Source: Candidatus Coprovivens sp.
GTDB taxonomy: Bacteria; Bacillota_I; Bacilli_A; RF39; UBA660
Reading direction: 5' to 3'
Length of the DNA stretch: 64,000 nucleotides
Assembly (NCBI GenBank): GCA_051892935.1
Contig: JBJFGS010000025.1
Coordinates: forward strand, 64,001-128,000
Position 1 is the stretch's first letter; every line of letters starts with the position of its first letter. The position numbers and the translations under genes are program-made. The notes under the pieces were generated by a model. It was given only the letters and a program-made list of their open reading frames with translations, was not told where the DNA came from and did no database searches. This document shows, piece by piece, positions 19,125 to 29,021 of the stretch.

Positions 19125-19745
19125 ATGATAGATTTAAAAACTTGTAAAACAAAAGATCTAGACGATATATTCTATGCAACAAAAGAAAGTCAAGGAACTG
19201 AAAATGCTATATCAGCAATTAAATATGTTTTATTCGATGATGATTCTGTATTAGAAGGAAAAAAACCTGAAGATAATAAATACTTATATATATCATCTAC
19301 AAATAATGCCCGAAAAAAAGCTATGTTAATGCAACAAGACGATATAACACATATTTTAATAAAGTATTGCATGTCTACGTTTGGCTTAAGAGGAAAAGAT
19401 TTTATTGTAAACGAAGAAGAATTACTATTAAATCTTCAACGTATAGAAAGACTAGAACTAAGTGCTTATGAAATGATTGAACAAATAGCCTATGCAGCAA
19501 TAGGAAATATTTATAATGCCATAGATCTTCTATATGGCAATCAAAATATTTTTAACGAAATAGTAGATTACATGTTATCAGAAAGATATATCTCAGAGTA
19601 CAAAGATTCACTTGACAATTTTTCAGGAATTATTGATAATAATAACATTGATTCAGAAAAACGTTTTGCTTTTTATGATGCATATTGCAATATAGACAAA
19701 ACATTCGAAGAAATAAAAAGAAACAATCCAGATTATATAAAATAG
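19125..19745 (+). CDS. Hypothetical protein
   Basis: 206-aa ORF with RBS AGGTGA; no motif recognised. Confidence 0.7.
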   Translation: MIDLKTCKTKDLDDIFYATKESQGTENAISAIKYVLFDDDSVLEGKKPEDNKYLYISSTNNARKKAMLMQQDDITHILIKYCMSTFGLRGKDFIVNEEELLLNLQRIERLELSAYEMIEQIAYAAIGNIYNAIDLLYGNQNIFNEIVDYMLSERYISEYKDSLDNFSGIIDNNNIDSEKRFAFYDAYCNIDKTFEEIKRNNPDYIK

Positions 19746-19760
19746 AAAAGAGTAGAGTTT

Positions 19761-20225
19761 ATGAAAAAAAATAAAAAAGAACTTGATATAAAAGAAAATT
19801 TAAAAGATTTAGGCAAAAAAAGTAATGGATTTTTATCAGAATTTAAGAAATTTATTGCTCGTGGAAACGTAATGGATCTTGCCGTTGGTGTAATTGTTGG
19901 AACAGCATTTACAAGTATAGTAACAAGTCTATCGAATAATATTTTACTCCCTTTAATAGGAATTGTTATTGGTGGATTTAATTTTAAAGAACTTTCACTT
20001 GAATTTACAGCTTGGGGAAATCCAGTCACATTAAATTATGGTTTATTTATTCAAAGTACTGTAGACTTCCTAATAACAGCATTTTGTGTTTTCGTAATAG
20101 TAAAAGTATTAAACAACTTATTTAGTAAAAAAGAAAAAAAAGAAGAACCCAAAGCTCCTGTTAAATCAGATGAAGTTAAGTTATTAGAAGAAATTAGAGA
20201 TTTATTAAAAGAATCAAATAAATAA
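19761..20225 (+). CDS. mscL: Large-conductance mechanosensitive channel
   Basis: EFKKFIARGNVMDLAVGVIVG, YGLFIQ and LLEEIRDLL. Confidence 0.97.
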   Translation: MKKNKKELDIKENLKDLGKKSNGFLSEFKKFIARGNVMDLAVGVIVGTAFTSIVTSLSNNILLPLIGIVIGGFNFKELSLEFTAWGNPVTLNYGLFIQSTVDFLITAFCVFVIVKVLNNLFSKKEKKEEPKAPVKSDEVKLLEEIRDLLKESNK

Positions 20226-20283
20226 AAAGTAGATAGAGTAATATGAACTGAACCCCAAAAGTTGGACAGTTTATAAATAGTTT

Positions 20284-21130
20284 CTAATTAGAGGATTGTA
20301 ACCTGTAATTCACGGGAGACAGTCCTTTTAATTTTACTTTAATTCTATCGTAATTATAATAATAAATATAGTCATCAATCGCTTTTATCAAATCATCTAA
20401 TGTTTTATAATTATCCTCTTGGTCATAAAACATTTCTGTTTTAAGTATACCAAAGAAATTTTCCATCATTCCATTATCCATACTATTTCCTTTTCTAGAC
20501 ATACTTTGTTTTATACCATTATTTTTTAATCTTTGCTGATAAGATTGATGTTGATATTGCCATCCTTGATCTGAATGAAATATTAATCCTTCTAAATTAT
20601 TATTTTTATTAAATGCTTTATTTAGCATATCATTAATTTGTTCTAAGTTTGGTGATTTAGAAGTATTATAAGAAATTACTTCGCCATTATATCCATCTAA
20701 TATTGGTGATAAATAACATTTTTCACCACGAAGATTAAATTCAGTAACATCTGTATACCATTTTTCATTTGGTTTGTCTGCATAAAAATTTCTATCGATT
20801 AAATTATCGGTAATTTTACCTATAGTTCCTTTATATGATGAATATTTTCTTTTATTTCTTTTTAACGGTTTTAAACCTAATTTAACCATTATTCTATAGA
20901 CTTTTTTATGGTTAACATTATAACCTTAATTTCTTAATTCTAATGTGATTCTACGATAACCATATCTTTCTTTATTATTAATAAATATTTCCTTTATTTT
21001 ATCATTATTTCCTTATTTTTATCATCTTTATCTATTTTAGATAAAGTATAATAATATACTGATTTAGCTAAACCAGATATTTTCAGAAGAATCACTAATG
21101 GATATATTAGCCGAAGTTCACTTACAACAT
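20284..21130 (-). pseudogene. IS3 OrfB transposase, disrupted
   Basis: WYTDVTE, HSDQGWQY and ENFFGILKTE are intact. The upstream YGYRRIT segment is cut off by an in-frame TAA (20928-20926) and a frameshift near 21003. Confidence 0.85.
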
Positions 21131-21637
21131 TTACTTTTTCTTCTGTTGTTGATTCTTCCTTGCTTGAACAACGGCTCTCAATTTTTTTGAGTATTCTAGC
21201 TCCGCTTTTAAATATAAATTTTCTTCTTCCAATCTTTTTATTTTTTCTTTATCTGTTTCATTTTCTTTTTTCTTTGTTACTTTAGGCATAGTTGACCGTC
21301 CTCGCTTTCGTTCAACTATATTATAACCATTTTCTATATAATTTTTAATCCAATTTTGTAACATTCCATAACTTAGTAAACTCATATCCAAAGCAACAGA
21401 CCATACGGCCTCACCATTAATTAAAACTCTATCAATAGCTTCTTGTTTTTCGAATCTTGTATGATTTTTATTTTTACCAGCTCTTAAAATATCTATTCCG
21501 TGTTTATCAATTAGTGCAATTAGATAATTTATTAGACATTTTCTAACTTTATACTTATTTGATAAACTGCATATGGACATTCCATTCTTTTTATCATTAT
21601 ACAAATTTATTTTATCTTCATAAGTTAATTTTGACAT
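21131..21637 (-). CDS. IS3/IS150 OrfA (HTH protein)
   Basis: Two HTH-like segments, LEEENLYLKAELEYSKKL, A-rich slippery 3' end. Confidence 0.9.
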   Translation of the reverse strand: MSKLTYEDKINLYNDKKNGMSICSLSNKYKVRKCLINYLIALIDKHGIDILRAGKNKNHTRFEKQEAIDRVLINGEAVWSVALDMSLLSYGMLQNWIKNYIENGYNIVERKRGRSTMPKVTKKKENETDKEKIKRLEEENLYLKAELEYSKKLRAVVQARKNQQQKKK

Positions 21638-21712
21638 ATAAAAACCTCGTTTCTATTTTGTCCAAGAAACGGGGTTCATATCAATACTCAAATCTACTTT
21701 TTTATTTAATAA

Positions 21713-22624
21713 TTAAACTTTTTCTACTAATTTAATAGATTTATCTACTAAGTAATTAATATTTTCATCTCTACATACTGTATCTTTTTTAGTATGAATT
21801 TTATCTATATATTCAAAATGCTTTCCTCTAATTACTGAACAAACACCTACACCATTAGTAAAATTAGCTTGATCAGATGGATAAATAGCTCCTTTAGTAA
21901 TCATATCAGTAATAACATTATTATCACTAGTATAAACATCTTTTAACAAATCTACATTTTTAATAGCTTTTTTATTAAAAATAAACATAATTTTATCTCC
22001 ATCAGAAACACAATCAAAATTAATTAGTAGCTTTTCTTTCATAACATCCTTATGCTTAGAAGCAAAAGATGCAGAACCTATAAGTCCAGATTCTTCTAAA
22101 TCAAACAAGATAAAAGCAACTTTATCTTTTAAATTATCAGGTATTTTATTAATCATTTCTAGAATAGTTAATACACCAGATGTGTTATCATTAACAGTAG
22201 ATTTATTTGCTGGACCAAACATTATTAAACAAACAAATAATATTATAATAAAATCATATATAAGTTCTAATAATAACTCATTAATTGGAAACAAAAATGA
22301 AATTCCAATAGTAATAAAAGCAGAAACAAATACAATTAAGAATAATAATAAAATTTGATATAAAACATAAATAAAAATATTTGTAGGTGTAATAAAATTA
22401 GGAACAGGTAATACAGCACAAGTATCATAATGAGCCGTAAATAAAACCTTAGCTTTACTAACATCACCAATAACTATATTTCTACTACCAAAATATCCTT
22501 TTTCAATTGATATGTCATATTTAGAATCTTTTAATTCCTCTTTAACATAACTAATAAACTCATTTTTTTGTTTTTTATTTTTTCTAACCATATACTTATT
22601 TAAAATAGTATCTTTATACTTCAT
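21713..22624 (-). CDS. M28 family metallopeptidase with membrane insertion
   Basis: TAHYDT, NDNTSGV, DLEESGLIGS, NFDCV, SD and IHT; start set at ATG 22624 after GGAGG. Confidence 0.9.
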   Translation of the reverse strand: MKYKDTILNKYMVRKNKKQKNEFISYVKEELKDSKYDISIEKGYFGSRNIVIGDVSKAKVLFTAHYDTCAVLPVPNFITPTNIFIYVLYQILLLFLIVFVSAFITIGISFLFPINELLLELIYDFIIILFVCLIMFGPANKSTVNDNTSGVLTILEMINKIPDNLKDKVAFILFDLEESGLIGSASFASKHKDVMKEKLLINFDCVSDGDKIMFIFNKKAIKNVDLLKDVYTSDNNVITDMITKGAIYPSDQANFTNGVGVCSVIRGKHFEYIDKIHTKKDTVCRDENINYLVDKSIKLVEKV

Positions 22625-22659
22625 ATAAACTTCCTCCAAAAAAAGAGCAATCATTGCTC

Positions 22660-22830
22660 TTAATAATATATTAACATTCCAAAAATAGATATCAAAGAAC
22701 CTAAAATCATAACAAGAGCCATAATCCAACCAACAATTTTCATTACTAATTTTCTTTTTTGATTGGCAGTCATTTTTTTCTTTTTAGGTTTAATTTTTTC
22801 TTCGACTTCATCTTTAATTTTTTTTGCCAT
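22660..22830 (-). CDS. Small tail-anchored membrane protein (56 aa, DUF4044/Prli42-like; not in ORF track)
   Basis: MAKKIKDEVEEKIKPKKKKMTANQKRKLVMKIVGWIMALVMILGSLISIFGMLIYY; RBS GAGGTG; followed by hairpin AAGAGCAAT-G-ATTGCTCTT and a T run. Confidence 0.75.
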   Translation of the reverse strand: MAKKIKDEVEEKIKPKKKKMTANQKRKLVMKIVGWIMALVMILGSLISIFGMLIYY

Positions 22831-22905
22831 TTAAAATCACCTCTAACTATATAAACTAAATATAATTTATCATATTTTTCACCTTAAGTAAATAAATTTA
22901 ATCAG

Positions 22906-23481
22906 GTGAAAAATATGATAAGAATAATATCGAAGTATAAAAATATCTATATATTTCTAATAACACTAGCTATAATCGGTGCAATAAGTGGTTATCTATA
23001 TTATCAGATTCAACCAACTAAAACTAAAGAAGAAATAAAAACAAACGTCAACATCAAAGAAAGCATAAATTCAAGAGTAAATAACTTATCTAAAAACTTA
23101 AAAAATAATATAAAAATATTCTTTTATTCACTATTAATAATACCTATAATAATAAATATCTTTAATATATTTTATAAGCCTTTCGAAATAGGTTTTATTT
23201 TTAATTTATTATCAAAATATAATATTAAACTATCATTAATATATACAAACATATACTTAAATATTCCTTTTATAATAAGTATCATCCTAACTAGAATAAG
23301 TATAACTTTCATATATAATATAATAAAATACATTATAATAAGAGATAATAAATCAAAAGTATTAATAAAAAATACATTTAAAAAATACATTATAATAATA
23401 ATTATTTCAATACTATACGATATATTAATTATCATCACTAGTCCTTATATAAACAGATATTTAATGACATTTATTAAATAA
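22906..23481 (+). CDS. SpoIIM-like membrane protein
   Basis: Multi-TM topology with IIGAISGYLYY, FEIGF and NIPF pattern; sigmaE-like TCATATT upstream. Confidence 0.5.
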   Translation: MKNMIRIISKYKNIYIFLITLAIIGAISGYLYYQIQPTKTKEEIKTNVNIKESINSRVNNLSKNLKNNIKIFFYSLLIIPIIINIFNIFYKPFEIGFIFNLLSKYNIKLSLIYTNIYLNIPFIISIILTRISITFIYNIIKYIIIRDNKSKVLIKNTFKKYIIIIIISILYDILIIITSPYINRYLMTFIK

Positions 23482-23512
23482 TAATGTTATAATTAATAAT
23501 AGAGGTGATGAT

Positions 23513-25180
23513 ATGGAAGCACTAGCTATCAGCGCAGCAAATTTAAATACCATAGAAGAAAACTTAGGAGCAGTTGCCAAAGAATTATCTGGAGTCATAA
23601 ATAATGTTTCAACAGTAAATGATCAAGTAAATAAAGTAGAATCAAAAGTAGAAACACTTAATGACGAAGTAAAAAGCCTAGTTAAAGAAATAAGAGAAAC
23701 TACTATAATAACAAACGCTCGTCAATCTATTATGTATAACAACTCAGAAATAGAAAAAAAATATGGATACTACGATAAAGTAAGAAGAACAACTGAATCC
23801 CTATTAGATGCTATTGAAAACTCATCAATAAGAAAAAATTCTCTTCAAGAACTAAATCAAGAAATTATTTTAAATAATCCAAATTACTGGTTATCTTCTG
23901 CTTTAGCTGCATTATCATCATGGTTATTAAACGATCGTACAAATACCGAAAAAGAATTAAATAACGCATTAAAAAAAGATAATAAAAAAACAAGTCTTTT
24001 CTTCTGTTTGATAAATTTAAAATTACAAAGAACTCAAACATCTTTAAATTGGTTAAATAAATATCTATCTCTTCAAAATCCAACTAAATTAGATAAAGAT
24101 TTTATAACTATCCTTGATTTAATTGCAACAGGTACTTTTGGTGATGAAGCCAAAAATACAGTATTAAAAAAAATAAATTTCTGGTTTAATAGTCTTAACT
24201 CTGAAAAAGAAATACAAAACGAACAAAAAAGCATATGGAGCAATTTTTTAAAAACAAAACAAGATACCGATATAAGAATGCCAAATTTAGAAAACTATTC
24301 CCCAGATGTATTCAAACTAAAAAACAACTTAGCAATAACATCAACTTATATAAATGTCCTTAATCATTTAGAAAACATTATAAAAAGCGACACATCAAAT
24401 AAAGGAATAAACGAAATAATAAATAATTTAATATACGAATACGAATCAAATGAACAAATATATCAAAAAGACAATTTAAAAAATAATCTTATTATAGAAT
24501 GTAATGGTAATAGAGAAGAAGCCGAAAAACTATTTAAAAAACAAGAAAGTATTTATAACAATGAAACCAATCTTCTAACCCTTTTAAGCAACATTATAAT
24601 ATATAAAAATTCATACAGTATTAGTAATGAAACACAAAAAATAGCTTTATCACTAATGAAAGAATACATCCAAAACGCTATTGAAGAAATGAATGAAGAA
24701 ATAAGTAAAGATAACATCAATATATCAATAGACAAATTTAAAACAACAACCAAAGATGGAAGTAATTTAAAAGAAGCAAAACAAGACTTAGAAGCTTATC
24801 TAAGTACGATATTTAATGAAGAAGATAAAGATTTAATAATTACTCTTTTAATAATAAATATTCTAGGAATAATAGGAATATTCATAACTTTAAACAGCAA
24901 AATTCTTTGTACATTATTAATAATAATAATTCTATTAGGAAATTTCATTTTACTATTTAAATTAAATCAAAGAAATAGGCTAAGAACAAGAGAAAAAAAT
25001 AAATTGAGAATCAATATAGGAAATATCCTTGAAAGAGTCTTAGCAGAAACAACAGATTACAACAACTTAATGTTAGAAGACAACGAACATTATATAGAAT
25101 TAAAAACATATCTAAACAATCTAGAAGCTGAAAACTACACAAAAAGTAACGACGAAAGAAATATTAATATAGGAGAATAA
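23513..25180 (+). CDS. Hypothetical protein: N-terminal coiled coil, helical-repeat core, two C-terminal TM helices (gene 1 of AAA operon)
   Basis: Heptad pattern over the first ~65 aa; YGYYDKVRR, PNYWLSSALAAL and KTSLFFCLI; paired hydrophobic helices near the C-terminus. Confidence 0.8.
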   Translation: MEALAISAANLNTIEENLGAVAKELSGVINNVSTVNDQVNKVESKVETLNDEVKSLVKEIRETTIITNARQSIMYNNSEIEKKYGYYDKVRRTTESLLDAIENSSIRKNSLQELNQEIILNNPNYWLSSALAALSSWLLNDRTNTEKELNNALKKDNKKTSLFFCLINLKLQRTQTSLNWLNKYLSLQNPTKLDKDFITILDLIATGTFGDEAKNTVLKKINFWFNSLNSEKEIQNEQKSIWSNFLKTKQDTDIRMPNLENYSPDVFKLKNNLAITSTYINVLNHLENIIKSDTSNKGINEIINNLIYEYESNEQIYQKDNLKNNLIIECNGNREEAEKLFKKQESIYNNETNLLTLLSNIIIYKNSYSISNETQKIALSLMKEYIQNAIEEMNEEISKDNINISIDKFKTTTKDGSNLKEAKQDLEAYLSTIFNEEDKDLIITLLIINILGIIGIFITLNSKILCTLLIIIILLGNFILLFKLNQRNRLRTREKNKLRINIGNILERVLAETTDYNNLMLEDNEHYIELKTYLNNLEAENYTKSNDERNINIGE

Positions 25181-25182
25181 CT

Positions 25183-25359
25183 ATGAACGAAGAACAATTT
25201 AAAAAACTAGATATAGGCAATGAAATAAAAATAAAACCAGCTATTATTAATCTTCCAGAAAAAAAAGATAAAGATAATAAAAATGATGAAAAAATAATAG
25301 TCGAACTTCCAACATGGAACATAGAACCACCTATAGAAATAAAAAGAGGCGAACAATGA
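25183..25359 (+). CDS. 58-aa peptide with C-terminal LPxWxIEPP motif (gene 2; not in ORF track)
   Basis: RBS AGGAG; starts 2 bp after the upstream stop and has an ATGA overlap downstream. MNEEQFKKLDIGNEIKIKPAIINLPEKKDKDNKNDEKIIVELPTWNIEPPIEIKRGEQ. Confidence 0.85.
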   Translation: MNEEQFKKLDIGNEIKIKPAIINLPEKKDKDNKNDEKIIVELPTWNIEPPIEIKRGEQ

Positions 25360-25790
25360 CATACGAAGAATGGTTAAATACAATTGAAGAATTAAAACAC
25401 CCAAACCTAAGCATAGATAATCTAAATAAAATAAAAAACACCTCCTTAAATGAAAATATTAATCCTTTATTAATTCCTAAAATAGAAAATTTAGTTAAAG
25501 AAAGATTAAACAACAGCATAAATAAAATAATTTTAAATCTTAGTGAAATATTTAGCGATATAAACTACTTAGATCTAACACTACTAAATTTTAAAAAAGA
25601 AATAAACTATATATTAGAGATAATCTCTATAAAACAATTACCAGAAGAAAAACAAAAAGAATTAAAAGACATGATAAAAGCCGAAAGTAATAATGTAATA
25701 GAAATTCTAAATAAAGAAGCACAAAAGCTTGATTACACAGGTTCCTTATCATCAATAATAAATAACTATAGAATAAAATGGAGTGAATAA
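25356..25790 (+). CDS. Hypothetical helical protein (gene 3)
   Basis: Starts MTYEEWL at the ATGA overlap; 144 aa, amphipathic helical pattern. Confidence 0.8.
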   Translation: MTYEEWLNTIEELKHPNLSIDNLNKIKNTSLNENINPLLIPKIENLVKERLNNSINKIILNLSEIFSDINYLDLTLLNFKKEINYILEIISIKQLPEEKQKELKDMIKAESNNVIEILNKEAQKLDYTGSLSSIINNYRIKWSE

Positions 25791-25791
25791 A

Positions 25792-27288
25792 ATGAATTAC
25801 AATGAAGCAAAAGAATACTTAAAAAGATATTTAAAAGCAAGAATACCAGTTATTATAATTAATACAGCAGAAAAAAATCGTTCATTAAGATTAATTAAAG
25901 AAATTGCCAATGAAGCAAATATGAATTTTAATTTATATCAAATGTCTCAAGGAATATCTGATTTAAAAACAAATACAATAAAAAGCGAAGATAAAACAAT
26001 AATGAGTGCCATTGATTACATTGTAAACGAAATAAGACACCAAGAAAATAGTAATTTTATCATAAGTGATATATCAGATATATACGAATCAACCACCATT
26101 TCAAGGTACCTTGTAGATGTAATAGAAAAAGCAGAAACCATGTCTGGAGTAATAGTTTTAGTTACAAACGAACCAATTTGGTCAAATATTCAAAGATTAG
26201 GAATAACAATCAAACTAAACTACCCTACAGAATCAGAATTAAAAGAAACAATAATGAACACTATTTCTCCTTATAAAAACCAAATTGAAATAGAATGGGA
26301 TGAAATAGACTATGTAAATGCTGCAACATATCTTCAAGGATTAAGTGAAATGGAAGTAAAAAATATTATCTCATCATTAATTGTAAAAGGTTCAATAAAA
26401 AAAGAAGATTTAAAAGAACTAAAATATGCAAAACAAACTTTATTTAATGAAATAGCAGGGTTAGAAGCTATTGAAGTAGATGATGACTTTCAAATAGCTG
26501 GACTAGATAATTTAAAAGAATGGTTATATGAAAAGAAAACTTTAATGGATCCAGCAAAAAAAGAAGAGCTATCAAAAAGAGGAATTGCTGCTCCTCGAGG
26601 AATTCTACTAACTGGAGTACCAGGTTGCGGAAAAAGTCTTTGTTCAAAAGCAACAGCAAGTATCTTTAATATTCCCTTATATAGACTTGATTTAGCAACT
26701 GTTCAAGGTCAATACGTTGGTCAATCAGAAAAACAACTCAAAGAAGCTCTAGATACAGCAGAATACGTTTCCCCTTGTGTTCTTTGGATTGATGAAATAG
26801 AAAAAGGATTAAACGATTCAAATTCTAGTGTTACATCAAAAATGATTGGCCAATTCCTATTTTGGTTACAAGAATGTGAAAAGCCCGTATTCGTAATAGC
26901 ATCAGCTAATAGCGTTGAATCACTACCACCAGAACTAATAAGAAAAGGACGTTTTGATGAAATATTCTTCGTTGATTTACCAAACGCATCCGAAAGAAAA
27001 CAACTACTAAAATTATATTCAAATAAATATTTAAAAGTAGAAATAAGTGAAGAACTAAAAAACAAACTAGTCTCAATAACCGAAGGATTCGCAAGCGCTG
27101 ATATTGAGGCAACAATTCGTAATATAGCATATAAATTAATTGCCAATAAAGATATCGAATTAACAGAAAGACTTATAATAGAAGAATTATCAAAAGTAGT
27201 ATCACTATCCAAAACAAATCCAGAAAAAATAGAAAAAATACGAAAATGGGGACAAGAAAGAGCAACCAAAGCATCAAAAGATATATAG
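25792..27288 (+). CDS. Ycf46-like AAA+ ATPase (gene 4)
   Basis: ARIPVI N-terminus, GLDNLKEWL, Walker A GVPGCGKS, pore loop YVG, Walker B LWIDEIEKG, LPPELIRKGRFDE and IRKWG tail. Confidence 0.92.
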   Translation: MNYNEAKEYLKRYLKARIPVIIINTAEKNRSLRLIKEIANEANMNFNLYQMSQGISDLKTNTIKSEDKTIMSAIDYIVNEIRHQENSNFIISDISDIYESTTISRYLVDVIEKAETMSGVIVLVTNEPIWSNIQRLGITIKLNYPTESELKETIMNTISPYKNQIEIEWDEIDYVNAATYLQGLSEMEVKNIISSLIVKGSIKKEDLKELKYAKQTLFNEIAGLEAIEVDDDFQIAGLDNLKEWLYEKKTLMDPAKKEELSKRGIAAPRGILLTGVPGCGKSLCSKATASIFNIPLYRLDLATVQGQYVGQSEKQLKEALDTAEYVSPCVLWIDEIEKGLNDSNSSVTSKMIGQFLFWLQECEKPVFVIASANSVESLPPELIRKGRFDEIFFVDLPNASERKQLLKLYSNKYLKVEISEELKNKLVSITEGFASADIEATIRNIAYKLIANKDIELTERLIIEELSKVVSLSKTNPEKIEKIRKWGQERATKASKDI

Positions 27289-27296
27289 GTGATAAA

Positions 27297-28124
27297 ATGA
27301 AAGAAAAAAAAGACATCAAATATCTTGTCAAAAGTAACAATTACATAGGACTATTATTCTTCGCGCTAGTACTAGCATCACTATTATATATATTAAAAAA
27401 AGAAGAAACAACATTTCAAAACATCGAACCAACTATGAATGAAATAACAAACTTACAAGAACAACCTAAAGAAATAACAGAGCCAACAAAAGAAATATCA
27501 GATCTCCAAAACTATCTAAATACCGGAGATCCAAACACATTTAATATATATCAATCACATTATATATTAAATGAAAAAATAACAAAAGATAACCTTAATA
27601 ACGAAACTCTTCTATATATGGCATATAAATATATAGAAAAAACAACCGACTTCACAAACTATATAAACTACCTGGGTTGTGATGAAGCTCAAATCATAGG
27701 ACTAGATAATCAAATAACACAATGTGGTGGAACCAAAATAAATGCTACTACTTATACGATGAACAGATATATTACAAAAGAATTATTAAATAAAACAATC
27801 AAAAAAATATTTAACATAAATCTAACTCAATATACAAACTTTTATACAAGTGAAGATAATCTATGTTACTATTTAAAAGACGAATTTTTATGTGTTTCCC
27901 ATCAAACAAATAAAATAACAAATTATGGCGAAAAAGAATTTCAAAAAGCATACAAATATAATAATAAAATAGAAATTATAGAAAAATATCATTTCATAAA
28001 TAATGGAATATATTACAAAGGTTTTAATAGCCAAGAAATAGGTGAAGGATATTATAAAAGTACCTTCAATAAAATAAATGGTTCATATTACTGGGAAAGC
28101 ACAGAGTATTACGAAATAAACTAG
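27297..28124 (+). CDS. Membrane-anchored extracellular hypothetical protein
   Basis: N-terminal TM helix; C-terminal YKSTF...YYWEST resembles 54206..54973. Confidence 0.7.
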   Translation: MKEKKDIKYLVKSNNYIGLLFFALVLASLLYILKKEETTFQNIEPTMNEITNLQEQPKEITEPTKEISDLQNYLNTGDPNTFNIYQSHYILNEKITKDNLNNETLLYMAYKYIEKTTDFTNYINYLGCDEAQIIGLDNQITQCGGTKINATTYTMNRYITKELLNKTIKKIFNINLTQYTNFYTSEDNLCYYLKDEFLCVSHQTNKITNYGEKEFQKAYKYNNKIEIIEKYHFINNGIYYKGFNSQEIGEGYYKSTFNKINGSYYWESTEYYEIN

Positions 28125-28143
28125 TTATTTTAACTAGTTTTTT

Positions 28144-28184
28144 CTTGATATTTCCTTGACATATCAAGTGTCTAGCAATATAAT
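28144..28184 (+). promoter_or_regulatory. Consensus sigmaA promoter with an overlapping inverted repeat (candidate operator)
   Basis: TTGACA(28156)-17-TATAAT(28179); CTTGATAT-N9-ATATCAAG straddles the -35. Confidence 0.75.
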
Positions 28185-28220
28185 TAAGATGTAAAATATA
28201 AAAGAAAGGAATTGGTAAAA

Positions 28221-28988
28221 ATGCGTAAATTAAATGAATTATTTCAAGAATTAGGAATATCTAAAGTAAGATTAGCAAAATATTTAGGAGTTTCAAGACA
28301 AATGGTCTATAACTATCTAGAACTAAATGATATAAATAAATGGCCAAAAGAAAAAAAATTATTACTATTTAAATTATTAGATATAAATGATAGTAACGCA
28401 ATAGAAGATATTCAAGTAACAACAGACTACTTAATGAATGTTGAAAGTAGATTAAATCAAGGAGTAAAAAGTACGGCTGAAATGGATAATGGTTTAAACT
28501 TCAAAGGTTTAAATAAAGAATCACAAGTACTCCTAAGCGATATAACTTATCTTCTAAAAGAAAAATTAAGTGATGAGACAAAAGAAGAAAACTACTATGC
28601 TATTTTATATCTATATCATCTACTACAATCTTTAGATAATGTTCCAGAAATTAAATATATATTTGGTTATATGAGTAAAACAACAGGATTTACCAATCCA
28701 GAAGAATATAAATTTCAAGAAGATAAACAATTTATTTTTGAAGGTATCCTATACTCAGCTTTAACATTATACAACAACGGAGGAGCATCTCGTTCTAAGT
28801 TAGCCGAATCACATAAACGTTTTGTACAAGAAATAGAACAAAAAAATGAAGAAAAACTTTCTCGTACACAACAACTAAATACAATAAAAATTCAAGCACT
28901 TAAAGAACTAGGATTCACAGAAATAAACGAAAGCAATGCTGCCGAAGTATTTGAAAAAATAGCAGAAATTCAATCAAGAAAGGTTTAG
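28221..28988 (+). CDS. XRE-family HTH transcriptional regulator
   Basis: LGISKVRLAKYLGVSRQMVYNY. Confidence 0.85.
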   Translation: MRKLNELFQELGISKVRLAKYLGVSRQMVYNYLELNDINKWPKEKKLLLFKLLDINDSNAIEDIQVTTDYLMNVESRLNQGVKSTAEMDNGLNFKGLNKESQVLLSDITYLLKEKLSDETKEENYYAILYLYHLLQSLDNVPEIKYIFGYMSKTTGFTNPEEYKFQEDKQFIFEGILYSALTLYNNGGASRSKLAESHKRFVQEIEQKNEEKLSRTQQLNTIKIQALKELGFTEINESNAAEVFEKIAEIQSRKV

Positions 28989-29021
28989 CAATAAACCTTT
29001 TTTATAATAAAAGGAGTATAT

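Larger units (their letters stand above)
20244..21683 (-). mobile_element. IS3-family (IS150-like) insertion sequence, 1440 bp, decayed
   Basis: TG...CA ends with imperfect IRs TGAACTGAACCCCAAAAGTTGGACA / TGATATGAACCCCGTTTCTTGGACA; 3-bp ATA duplication; orfA plus DDE orfB. Confidence 0.93.

Noticed and set aside
22625-22729. N-terminal extension of the M28 peptidase
   Set aside because: It overlaps a separate small gene and its terminator; the RBS supports 22624.
25314-25355. ORF-track start of the 158-aa ORF
   Set aside because: It overlaps the 58-aa gene in another frame; the ATGA-coupled start at 25356 is more plausible.
26721-27269. 182-aa antisense ORF and the other short antisense ORFs in the track
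   Set aside because: They are shadows of well-supported genes on the opposite strand, with no motifs of their own.
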